Below are positions 30,684 to 39,975 of a DNA stretch of 64,000 nucleotides, piece after piece. The first letter of the stretch is position 1. Every line of letters starts with the position of its first letter. The translations under genes and the position numbers were made by a program. The DNA comes from Gammaproteobacteria bacterium (GTDB taxonomy: Bacteria; Pseudomonadota; Gammaproteobacteria; Eutrophobiales; Eutrophobiaceae): contig JAURPG010000065.1 in NCBI GenBank assembly GCA_030835405.1, positions 1,505-65,504 of the forward strand, given 5' to 3'. Below the pieces are notes generated by a model. The model worked only from the letters and a program-made list of their open reading frames with translations. It searched no databases and was not told where the DNA came from.

Positions 30684-31334
30684 ATGCCTGAATTTAATTT
30701 CATCCAAAAACTGGTCATATATGCCGTACCGGTGTTGTTTGCCATCACGGTTCATGAGGTGGCCCATGGTTGGATTGCCAGCAAGCTGGGAGATCAGACT
30801 GCAAAGATGATGGGAAGATTAACACTAAACCCCATCAAACATATCGATTCCATTGGTACCATTGTTGTCCCGATTATGATGTTGTTGGTCTCACCGTTTA
30901 TACTAGGTTGGGCAAAACCTGTACCGGTGGACTGGCGAAATTTGAGACGGCCCAAACAGGATATGGCCTGGGTCGCCATTGCAGGTCCCGGCGCTAATCT
31001 CATTATGATGATTTTCTGGGCATTGTTGGCAAAAATAATCATCGTATCCGGCCTGGGTAACTATCATTATTCCGTCCCCGTGATTGCCATGGCCATGGTG
31101 GGAATAGGCATAAACATTGTACTGATGGTATTGAACCTGATACCCATACCCCCCCTTGACGGTAGCCGGGTGCTGAGCGCAGCACTACCACCGAAGGCAG
31201 CCTATCAATATAACCGCCTTGAACCTTACGGATTAATCATTGTACTACTGCTGCTATTTTCCGGGGTTCTGGGAAAATTTTTCTTTCCCGTAGTAGATTT
31301 TTTTAATAGCTCTGTAAAATCTCTGATCCTTTAG
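30684..31334 (+). CDS. site-2 protease (M50) family membrane metalloprotease
   Basis: 'HEVAHG' in a TM helix. Confidence 0.7.
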   Translation: MPEFNFIQKLVIYAVPVLFAITVHEVAHGWIASKLGDQTAKMMGRLTLNPIKHIDSIGTIVVPIMMLLVSPFILGWAKPVPVDWRNLRRPKQDMAWVAIAGPGANLIMMIFWALLAKIIIVSGLGNYHYSVPVIAMAMVGIGINIVLMVLNLIPIPPLDGSRVLSAALPPKAAYQYNRLEPYGLIIVLLLLFSGVLGKFFFPVVDFFNSSVKSLIL

Positions 31335-32011
31335 GCCACCTGGTGCAGGTGTACATCCCGTTGCGGATAGGGGATAGAAATCCCTTCTTTATCGAAGGTC
31401 AGTTTTACCTTTTCTGTCAGGTCCCAGTACACACCCCAGTAATCTGCGGTGCTGGTCCATGGACGCACAATGATATTCACACTATTGTCAGCCAATTCAC
31501 CAACGGCAATCACTGGAGCCGGGTCTTTCAGGATTCTCTCATCTTCATCAACCAGTCGTTGCAGAATGGCCTTGGCCATTGGGATGTCATCGTTATAGCC
31601 AATGCCAAATACCAGGTCCACGCGGCGGGTATCCTTGGCAGAAAAATTGGTGATGGTCCCACCGGTAATGGCAGAGTTAGGGATGATGATGGCTTTATTA
31701 TCACCGGTTTTCATTGAGGTGGAAAAAATTTGAATACCTTCAATTACACCACTCACACCACCCGCTTCGACAAAGTCACCAACTTTAAATGGCCTTAATG
31801 CGATAATGATCACTCCGGAGGCAAAGTTGGAAAGCGATCCCTGGAGTGCCAGACCAACTGCCAGACCGGCCGCACCCAGTACAGCGACAAGGGATGTTGT
31901 TTGAATTCCCAATTGCCCAAGAGACGCAATAACGACAAAAACAACAATTAATATATGACCGATATCAGACAGAAAACTGGACAATAGTGGATCAATGCCT
32001 CTTTTTTTCAT
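31331..32011 (-). CDS. mscS: small-conductance mechanosensitive channel MscS (N-terminus possibly extends to 32098)
   Basis: The pore helix 'AVLGAAGLAVGLALQGSLSNFASGVIII' is near-identical to E. coli MscS TM3. In-frame upstream codons encode a TM1-like 'FLINAGLALAVLLIGLWIAKRIKNLSNRI' with no canonical start. Confidence 0.8.
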   Translation of the reverse strand: MKKRGIDPLLSSFLSDIGHILIVVFVVIASLGQLGIQTTSLVAVLGAAGLAVGLALQGSLSNFASGVIIIALRPFKVGDFVEAGGVSGVIEGIQIFSTSMKTGDNKAIIIPNSAITGGTITNFSAKDTRRVDLVFGIGYNDDIPMAKAILQRLVDEDERILKDPAPVIAVGELADNSVNIIVRPWTSTADYWGVYWDLTEKVKLTFDKEGISIPYPQRDVHLHQVA

Positions 32012-32271
32012 TATTCGGTTTGACAGGTTTTTTATTCGTTTTGCTATCCAAAGACCGATTAATAAGACAGCAAGCGCAAGCCCTGCATTAATTAAAAATT
32101 ACAGTAGCGATTCATTGCTTAACAGTTCAGATAGATTGATTCGATTTCCCCTGTTTTAAATTTGATTATTAATAATTTTATTCAATATTAGCTGAATTAT
32201 ACTAGATACAATCATGCTACAAAAAATAATTATTTGCTAAATATTTCAATTAAGCCATTGACAGATTTAAG

Positions 32272-34146
32272 ATGAAAAGTACCAGGAAGTTGACCGGCAC
32301 AGTAAAGGATCTATTGAATTTTGGAATTACTTTTCAGGAAAACCACAGGTTTTCTGACGCTAAAAAGGTTTATGAATCTGTCCTTGAACAATTTCCGGAG
32401 AACCATAATGCCCTGCATCTTTTAGGTATGGTTATGCATCAAATGGGGAACAGCAGGGAGGGTATTAAATTTATTGAATTGGCAATTGAAAAAAAATCCG
32501 GCATCGCCCTTTATTATCATAATTGCGCCCAGGTATACCAGGAGATCGGCGAGTATGAGGAGGCAATCAAAAGGTTCAGCCAGGCTCTGAAAATCAAGCC
32601 CGAATACCCTGAGGCAAGCTTAAAGTTAGGTAAACTAATGATGCAAGCAGGTAGATATGATGATGCCATAACCCATTTTAAACAAGCGTTATCATTAGTA
32701 GATTATAAAGCGGATATTTATAACCAGGTTGGCCAGGCCAACTACAATTTAAACAGGTTTGATTCAGCAATAGCCAACTATAACTTGGCAATCAAACATG
32801 ATCCCGAACATGCTGAGGCGTTGAATAATGCAGGGACAGCACTGACCAGTCTTGAGAAATATGAAGATGCGATTGACAGTTTTAATAAGGCACTCAAGAT
32901 CAACCCGGATTATGTGAAAGCGCATTCAAATTTGGGGTTGGCATTGTCAGCTTTGGGGGATGGTGATGGCGCAATGATGCATTATGACCGGGCGCTTGAG
33001 ATAAATCCGTTGTTTGTCCCTGCCTATAATAACAAGGGAATTCTGCTAATGAATACCGGCAAGAGGGATGAGTCGATAGCCTGTTTTAAGAAAGCGTTGG
33101 AACTCAATGAAAATTACTCAAGAGCAGAAAGGCATTTATCAATGGTCGATTCAGACCAGGCCAGGATTCCGATTATTAAACAAAAATTGTCGCGGGCAGG
33201 TATCTTGAAAAATGATTTAATCAACTATCATTTTGGACTGGGAAATATTTATGAAAAAAATTCAAGCTATGATGAAGCTTTTATTCATTATAAAAAAGCG
33301 AACGATTTGGTGCGAGGCTCAATCAATTACAGCCGAAAAGGTTTTTCATCTCATGTTGATAGATTAATCAGTACTTATACTACCGATTATATAAAAAAAA
33401 TTAAAGAATATGGAAATAAATCCGATGTGCCAGTGTTTGTTGTTGGCATGCCCCGTTCCGGAACTACCCTGGTTGATCAGATAATTTCTAGTCATCCTGA
33501 TGTGTCCAGTGTGGGTGAGCGGCGTTTTATGGCAGACTTTGTCTATAAAGCAAATGAACTGATAGATCCTGGGCAGGCTTATCCAGAGTGCATGGCCAGC
33601 ATAAACAAGAAGATAGTCTCAAAATTATCAGCAGAATATCTGGCACTATTGAAAAGCAGCCCAGGTAATGCCATCAGGGTTGTCGATAAAACACCCGGGA
33701 ATTTTATCAGGATTGGGCTAATCAAAACCTTGTTCCCAAATGCAAAAATCGTACATTGTAGCCGGTCCCCGCTGGACACCTGCTTATCGATTTACACAAG
33801 ATACTTCCATTATGGGCATGAATACTCATACAACTTGATAGAATTGGGTAATTATTACCATGACTATCAGAGGTTAATGTTGCATTGGAAAACAATCTTT
33901 ACTGAAGATATATATGAAGTCATCTATGAAAACCTGGTTAATAACCAGGAGAAACTCACACGGGAAATACTGAAATTTCTCAATCTGGACTGGAGTGAGA
34001 ATTGCCTGAATTTTTATCGTAATAAGCGGGTGATACAAACTGATGAATATCATGTATTGGGTCCAATTCATTCCCGATCTGTTGATAAATGGAAAAACTA
34101 TGAGCCGCATCTTCAGCCTTTGGCTGATATTATTGCCACAAAGTAA
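32272..34146 (+). CDS. TPR-repeat protein with C-terminal sulfotransferase domain
   Basis: ~9 TPR repeats, then a sulfotransferase 5'-PSB-like 'VGMPRSGTT'. Confidence 0.75.
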   Translation: MKSTRKLTGTVKDLLNFGITFQENHRFSDAKKVYESVLEQFPENHNALHLLGMVMHQMGNSREGIKFIELAIEKKSGIALYYHNCAQVYQEIGEYEEAIKRFSQALKIKPEYPEASLKLGKLMMQAGRYDDAITHFKQALSLVDYKADIYNQVGQANYNLNRFDSAIANYNLAIKHDPEHAEALNNAGTALTSLEKYEDAIDSFNKALKINPDYVKAHSNLGLALSALGDGDGAMMHYDRALEINPLFVPAYNNKGILLMNTGKRDESIACFKKALELNENYSRAERHLSMVDSDQARIPIIKQKLSRAGILKNDLINYHFGLGNIYEKNSSYDEAFIHYKKANDLVRGSINYSRKGFSSHVDRLISTYTTDYIKKIKEYGNKSDVPVFVVGMPRSGTTLVDQIISSHPDVSSVGERRFMADFVYKANELIDPGQAYPECMASINKKIVSKLSAEYLALLKSSPGNAIRVVDKTPGNFIRIGLIKTLFPNAKIVHCSRSPLDTCLSIYTRYFHYGHEYSYNLIELGNYYHDYQRLMLHWKTIFTEDIYEVIYENLVNNQEKLTREILKFLNLDWSENCLNFYRNKRVIQTDEYHVLGPIHSRSVDKWKNYEPHLQPLADIIATK

Positions 34147-34218
34147 TCAATTTTTCCTCCGGACCGATTCAGATCTGATTAAGCAGGCTGGCGTCAAGCT
34201 GCAAAAATATTATATGGA

Positions 34219-36831
34219 TTGTTAATGAACAAAAAAAAGCAAAAAGTCGTATCAGCCCAGGAGTTGTTGCAACGGGGTATTGCATTTATGCAATCAGGTA
34301 AAATTGCACAAGCGGAATCTGCGATGAAAGCAGCACTAAATTTACAACCGCAGTCCCATCATGCATTACATATTTTAGCGGTATTGTCATATCAGCAGGG
34401 CAAATATAATGCTGGCTTAAACCTGGTGAAAAAGGCGATAGCAGTCAATAACAAAATACCTGAATTCCATAATAGCGCAGGAATCATCAATACCGAGTTA
34501 AAAAAGGAAGAAAATGCCAAATCTGATTTTGAAAAAGCCATTGAACTCAAACCGGATTATGCAGAGGCTTATTACAATTTTGCCAACCTGTTAAAAGATC
34601 ATGGAAATAAGGAAGATGCACTGGCCATGTATAACCAGGCGATTAGATATAATCTTGATTACTTTCAGGCCCATAATAATCTGGGCAATCTTTACCGGGA
34701 GATGGGGAGGTTAGATAATGCCGTAGCCTGTTTTAACAAGGCATTGGAAATAAACCCACGCTTTGCCACATCTTACAGTAACCTGGCTGACACCTTGTTG
34801 AAAAAAGGCAAACTAAAAGAGGCTTTGTCAAATATAGACAAAGCACTGGAAATGGCCCCGAATTTTGCAGAAGCACATAATAAACGTGGGGCAATACTGA
34901 AAGCCGCCGGATCTCTGAGTCAAGCAAAAACAAGCTTTTTAGCGGCCCTGAAAATTAACCCCGATTATTCTCATGCATATAATAATTTGGGGACGGTGAA
35001 TATGGAATCAGGGCATTTAGTTGATGCGATTGAAAACTACAAAACTGCTATAAGGCTTACCCCTGAAGATGCCGGTGCCTATAATAATCTGGGGTCTGCA
35101 TTATTGGCACAGGGTAAAATTGAGGATGCAATTATTGCCTTTAATAACTCAATTAAAATTAAACCTGAAAACGCATCTACATATAATAATCTTGGTAGAG
35201 CATACAAAGACCTTGGTAATACAGAAGATGCGATTAAATGTTTTGAAAAGGCAATTTACAATGATTCTGGTAGTTTGTTGGCATATAACTTACTGGGAAA
35301 CCTCTATCAGGATAAGGGTAAGGAAAGTAAATCAATACCTTTATATGAGAAAGCTTTGTCTATCAAACCTGAAAATGCCGTATTAAATAACAATTTTGGA
35401 AATGCACTTAGAAAACTGGGCTTATCTCAACAAGCGATAAATAAATATAAAAAGGCAATTGAGCTGCAACCCAATTTTATAGAGGCATACAATAATCTGG
35501 GTTCTGCATTTACCGACATAGGCGAAACATTTGATGCAATTGAAATGTTTAAAAAGGCGTACGCCTTAAAGACAGACTATGTCCCTTCAATCGTCAATTT
35601 GTTGCTGACCATAAATTACAGTTCCAAGATTGAAAATGAATATATATATGAAAAGACTACCGAGTTGGCAGCCCTAATTGATATAAAAGGAGCGGGCGAA
35701 ATAACTAACGTTAGTATTGATAAGCAAAGAAAACTAAAAATAGGTTATGTGTCTGGTGATTTCTCAAATCATCCTATTGGCTATTTTATTGAAGCAGTAT
35801 TAACTCAACACAATAAAAGCACATTTGATGTTACTTGTTATTCAAATTCGATTAAATTTGATGACCTCACCAAACAGATCAAAAAGGCTGTTAATTATTG
35901 GCGCAATATCCATGCCTTAACTGATGATGATGTTGCCGAAATGATTATGGAAGACAAGATTGATATTCTGGTCGATTTATCTGGTTACACAAACAAAAAC
36001 AGGTTGCCGATATTTGCAAGAAGAAATGCACCAGTACAGGTGACATGGTTGGGGTATTTTGCGACAACCGGTCTTAAAAATATGGATTATATCCTCGCCG
36101 ATAAATACGTCCTGCCTGAAGGTGAAGAGAGATACTTTACAGAAACTGTGCGCCGTCTGCCAGACAGCTATCTTTGTTTTGTTCCTCCATCTTGCAAAAT
36201 AAGTGTCGAAGATCCACCATCATTAAAATCAGGACAAATTACCTTCGGTTGTTTTAATAATTTCAGCAAATTGAACCCTGAGGTATTTAAATTATGGTCT
36301 GAAATTATGCATGATGTCCCAGGGTCCAGATTGTTTCTCAAATACCGTCAGTACTCCGACGATGTGATAAAGCAAAAGGTCTACCAGGAATTTTTCCGGC
36401 ATGGTATAAAAAACGATCGAATTATTATGGAAGGCAGTTCACCGAGAGAAGAATTACTGAAACAATATAACCAGGTGGATATTGCGCTGGATCCATTTCT
36501 ATTCGGGGGAGGGACGACGACTGCGGAGAGTGTTTGGATGGGGGTGCCGGTGGTGACTCTTAGGGGAAATCGTTGGGTAGGAAGAGTTAGTGAGAGTATT
36601 TTGTCCACTATGGGTCATCAGGAACTTATTGCTAATAGTTCCGAGGATTATAAAAAGATTGCTGTGTCTTTAAGTAGTGATTCTGAAAAAATTCTGGAGT
36701 ATAAAAACAACCTCAGAAAAACATTACTGTCATCTCCATTATGTAATGGCAAGCGGTTCGCCAGAAATCTTGAAGGCGAATACCGTAAAATGTGGCAGGA
36801 ATGGTGCGATAATAATGAAATTAACAGCTGA
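34219..36831 (+). CDS. TPR-repeat protein with C-terminal GT41 (O-GlcNAc transferase/SPINDLY-like) glycosyltransferase domain
   Basis: ~13 TPR repeats, then an OGT-like C-terminal catalytic region (GYVSGDF, WLGYFATTG). Confidence 0.75.
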   Translation: MLMNKKKQKVVSAQELLQRGIAFMQSGKIAQAESAMKAALNLQPQSHHALHILAVLSYQQGKYNAGLNLVKKAIAVNNKIPEFHNSAGIINTELKKEENAKSDFEKAIELKPDYAEAYYNFANLLKDHGNKEDALAMYNQAIRYNLDYFQAHNNLGNLYREMGRLDNAVACFNKALEINPRFATSYSNLADTLLKKGKLKEALSNIDKALEMAPNFAEAHNKRGAILKAAGSLSQAKTSFLAALKINPDYSHAYNNLGTVNMESGHLVDAIENYKTAIRLTPEDAGAYNNLGSALLAQGKIEDAIIAFNNSIKIKPENASTYNNLGRAYKDLGNTEDAIKCFEKAIYNDSGSLLAYNLLGNLYQDKGKESKSIPLYEKALSIKPENAVLNNNFGNALRKLGLSQQAINKYKKAIELQPNFIEAYNNLGSAFTDIGETFDAIEMFKKAYALKTDYVPSIVNLLLTINYSSKIENEYIYEKTTELAALIDIKGAGEITNVSIDKQRKLKIGYVSGDFSNHPIGYFIEAVLTQHNKSTFDVTCYSNSIKFDDLTKQIKKAVNYWRNIHALTDDDVAEMIMEDKIDILVDLSGYTNKNRLPIFARRNAPVQVTWLGYFATTGLKNMDYILADKYVLPEGEERYFTETVRRLPDSYLCFVPPSCKISVEDPPSLKSGQITFGCFNNFSKLNPEVFKLWSEIMHDVPGSRLFLKYRQYSDDVIKQKVYQEFFRHGIKNDRIIMEGSSPREELLKQYNQVDIALDPFLFGGGTTTAESVWMGVPVVTLRGNRWVGRVSESILSTMGHQELIANSSEDYKKIAVSLSSDSEKILEYKNNLRKTLLSSPLCNGKRFARNLEGEYRKMWQEWCDNNEINS

Positions 36832-38044
36832 CAAAATTAGAGAAAAAACTTGTCCTGCTTGTGGACATCATGTTGCGGTCCAGTTTATGAAAGAAAACCT
36901 GCAGCCACTGGCAACGTTGGCCTGGCCCAGGAGTGAGCAAGCGGCAAATACTTTACCAGGGTTGCCCCAGGATTTTATAAGATGTATCAGGTGTGGCCAT
37001 ATTTATAATCATGATTTTAAATATGAGGATGTTCCCTATTCGGACAATCCGAATCTAATGTTCAATAAAGGTAAGATTTGGTCTGATTTTATTGTAGATG
37101 TTCAGAATAAAATTCAAACTTACTTGCCTGAGAATCCCATCGTTATCGAGATAGGTCATGGAGATGGCAGTTTCCTAGCCTCATTACACAGGCTATGTGG
37201 GTCAGGTACGTTTATCGGGTATGACCCCCATGGTGCACAACATGACACAAACACAGAAGTACAAGGATTGTATTTTAAAAATGAATTATTTAAACCAGTA
37301 CAGTTGTTTTCAGAAATGAAGCCCGATTTGATCGTAAGTCGTCATGTGCTGGAACATCTGGTGAATCCATTGGGTTTTTTGCAATCAGTTGCCTTTGCTT
37401 CAAACCATTTCAAGACTTTTCCGCTGACCTATTTTGAAGTTCCTTGTATCGACAGGGTCCTAGAGTCTGGGCGAACCGTTGACTTTTACTATGAACATAG
37501 TTCCCAGTTTACGTCTAAGTCTTTTAATGAAATGCTACATCAATCGACCTTGTCTATTAATGAAATAGGTTACGGATACAAAAAAGAAGTTATCTATTCC
37601 TTTTGCACAATCAAAGATTCTGGTTTTCCTGCACAATATATTGATGAATCTTTAACTTTTTATGAAAACGCTGAAAACTCCCTTGTTGAAATCAAACATC
37701 AACTTCAGAATATTTTTGAGTCGGGGAAGAAAATAGCCATTTGGGGAGGAACCGGTAAGTCCGCCGCTTTCATGTGCCGATATCAAGTAGACAAAGACAG
37801 GTTTCCCGTGGTAGTCGACTCAGATAAATTCAAAGTTGGTACATATGTCCCTGGTACTGGTCAGGAGATAAAATTCTGCGACTGGCTGGTGGAAAATCCA
37901 GTTGACATTATTATTATCCCTCCACAATGGCGGGCGAAGGATATCATTACAGAAATAGAATCAAATAACATCTTATATGGTCAGGTGCTTATTGAACATA
38001 ATGGAGTACTGGTAGATTTTAAAACAGAACAACATCCTTATTGA
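36815..38044 (+). CDS. Zn-ribbon + class I SAM-dependent (C-)methyltransferase, TylCIII-like architecture
   Basis: N-terminal 'CPACGHH..CIRCGH' zinc ribbon and 'IVIEIGHGDGSF' motif I. The start at the internal M (36815) overlaps the upstream stop by 17 nt. Confidence 0.65.
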   Translation: MKLTADKIREKTCPACGHHVAVQFMKENLQPLATLAWPRSEQAANTLPGLPQDFIRCIRCGHIYNHDFKYEDVPYSDNPNLMFNKGKIWSDFIVDVQNKIQTYLPENPIVIEIGHGDGSFLASLHRLCGSGTFIGYDPHGAQHDTNTEVQGLYFKNELFKPVQLFSEMKPDLIVSRHVLEHLVNPLGFLQSVAFASNHFKTFPLTYFEVPCIDRVLESGRTVDFYYEHSSQFTSKSFNEMLHQSTLSINEIGYGYKKEVIYSFCTIKDSGFPAQYIDESLTFYENAENSLVEIKHQLQNIFESGKKIAIWGGTGKSAAFMCRYQVDKDRFPVVVDSDKFKVGTYVPGTGQEIKFCDWLVENPVDIIIIPPQWRAKDIITEIESNNILYGQVLIEHNGVLVDFKTEQHPY

Positions 38045-38317
38045 TACATTATTTCCACTGTAACCGATTCTCAACGGCCCGGGGGGAGGGGATATCCCCG
38101 GACCGTGAGATACTCGGACGGTCACTGCTACAAACTTAACCCTTTGGGATGGCGGGTAGTCATTACCCGATAGAAGTCAGCAGGATAACTAAGGCCGTAA
38201 GTAATGCTGTAAAGATCAGTCCGACTGATATCCCGGCAATGATGCAATTTATAATAATCACGAAAAACGATAATTGTTTTTCTGGTAAATGTAATTTTTC
38301 AGTTATTGGATTCATTT

Positions 38318-39037
38318 TTAAATTTGCGTATCAAGCGTGAGTGTTATATTCACCCTTCGGTCAAAAAATGTTCCTTCCAGGTCAGTTTCAGAGGCATTTG
38401 CCTGAGACTCTCCATATGAATGAATGAGAATACGTTTACTGTCCAGCCCGGACTTCAGCAGCGCGGCGCGGACAGACTGTGCGCGTTTTGTACCAAGCTG
38501 GCGATTGAAAATGGTTGCTCCGCGTTTGTCTGCAAAGCCTTCTATCAGGAGTTTGATTTCAGGAAACTGTTTGACGAACTCAGCGAGTTTACGGATCCTC
38601 GGTTCAGAGTCATTATCAATATCAGTGCTTTCGGTGCGAAAGTAAATCGACAAAGATACACCATGACTCAGGTCCTTGAGTGAAGATGTCCGGTTCCTTG
38701 CAACCACTTTCTGCATCTCGGTACCAATCTCTTCCTGCATCCTGGACACCCTGTTCTCCATAATTACCAGCTGCGTTTGTCTATCAATCAGGTCCGTGTT
38801 CAGTTGTGATATTTGCTCGTACTTTTTTTCATTATTCTCTCCCAGCCAGGCACCGCCAGCCATTCCTAATATGGCACCGGGTGGTCCTGCGATCAGTCCT
38901 CCAAGGATTGCTCCTATACCAAGGCCAGTTTCAGCCTTGTGTTTAAAGTTTCCATCATTGGTATTTTGTGTATCTGCATGGGCGACGATATTAAATAGGC
39001 ATAAAATCATAATTCCAGATAAGATTAATTTGCTCAT
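38318..39037 (-). CDS. OmpA-family peptidoglycan-binding protein with glycine-zipper and coiled-coil
   Basis: C-terminal OmpA domain (..EGFADKRGATIFNRQLGTKRAQSVRAAL..), signal peptide, GxxxG-rich segment. Confidence 0.75.
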   Translation of the reverse strand: MSKLILSGIMILCLFNIVAHADTQNTNDGNFKHKAETGLGIGAILGGLIAGPPGAILGMAGGAWLGENNEKKYEQISQLNTDLIDRQTQLVIMENRVSRMQEEIGTEMQKVVARNRTSSLKDLSHGVSLSIYFRTESTDIDNDSEPRIRKLAEFVKQFPEIKLLIEGFADKRGATIFNRQLGTKRAQSVRAALLKSGLDSKRILIHSYGESQANASETDLEGTFFDRRVNITLTLDTQI

Positions 39038-39230
39038 TGTCGTTCTCCTTGGTATTTAAATTTTCGACAGTGTTAATTAAACACGCCAAAAAAGTAGTTA
39101 CACTGGCCAGGTAAGGAATTCTAACGATGAATTCTGGCGAAATTATGGAAATTGTGGCGAATATCAATACTTGGCTGTATAAATTGTTATAAAGTTTTTG
39201 CCAATAATATTGATTGTTTCAGGGTGGGTT

Positions 39231-39920
39231 ATGAGTCGAAAAATTGCATTGATAGAAGATGAGTCAGCTATACGAAAAAATTATGCGGATGCCTTGAGCA
39301 AGCAGGGCTACCAGGTGATGGGCCTTGAATCCAGGCAGGAGGCATTAAAGGCGTTTCAAACTAACCTTCCTGATTTGGCGATTATTGATATCAGTCTGGG
39401 AGATGATGTGGAAGGGGGATTTGATGTATGTAGGGTGTTGAGAAGTAAATCAAATACATTACCCATAATATTTCTTACTGCAAGAGATTCTGACTTTGAT
39501 GTCATTTCCGGATTACGCCTGGGGGCAGATGATTATCTTACCAAGGACGTTTCTATCCATCAGATCCTTGCCAGGGTGGCTGCATTATTTAGAAGAATTG
39601 ATGCCCTAGAAACTGAATTGGCAGAGGCAGACCTTAGAAAGGTTGGAGATTTGTCTATTGATTCAACCAGCCTCAGTGTTGAATGGAAAGGACAAAAGGT
39701 CACCCTTACTGTCACGGAATTCTGGATATTAAATTCACTGGTGAGAATTCCGGGCCATGTGAAAAACCGGGACCAGCTAATGCAGGATGCCAATATCTTC
39801 GTTGATGATGGTACTGTTACCTCACATGTGAAAAGGCTTAGAAGAAAATTTGAATCGCTGGATGAAACCTTTGACTGTATTGAAACAGTATATGGTATGG
39901 GGTATAGATGGAAGAAGTGA
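39231..39920 (+). CDS. OmpR/PhoB-family DNA-binding response regulator
   Basis: REC domain (DLAIIDISLGDD) and winged-helix C-terminus. RBS AGGGTGGG precedes ATG 39231. Confidence 0.85.
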   Translation: MSRKIALIEDESAIRKNYADALSKQGYQVMGLESRQEALKAFQTNLPDLAIIDISLGDDVEGGFDVCRVLRSKSNTLPIIFLTARDSDFDVISGLRLGADDYLTKDVSIHQILARVAALFRRIDALETELAEADLRKVGDLSIDSTSLSVEWKGQKVTLTVTEFWILNSLVRIPGHVKNRDQLMQDANIFVDDGTVTSHVKRLRRKFESLDETFDCIETVYGMGYRWKK

Positions 39921-39975
39921 AATGTTAAAAGTAAAAAGAATTTGCTTATAGAAACATCTTTTAACTAATTGACAA

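Noticed and set aside
36677-36814. 5' extension of the methyltransferase ORF (track start 36677) overlapping 150 nt of the GT41 gene.
   Set aside because: The extension has no domain content. The internal ATG at 36815 begins the Zn-ribbon ('MKLTADKIREKTCPACGHH') and gives a typical short overlap with the upstream stop.
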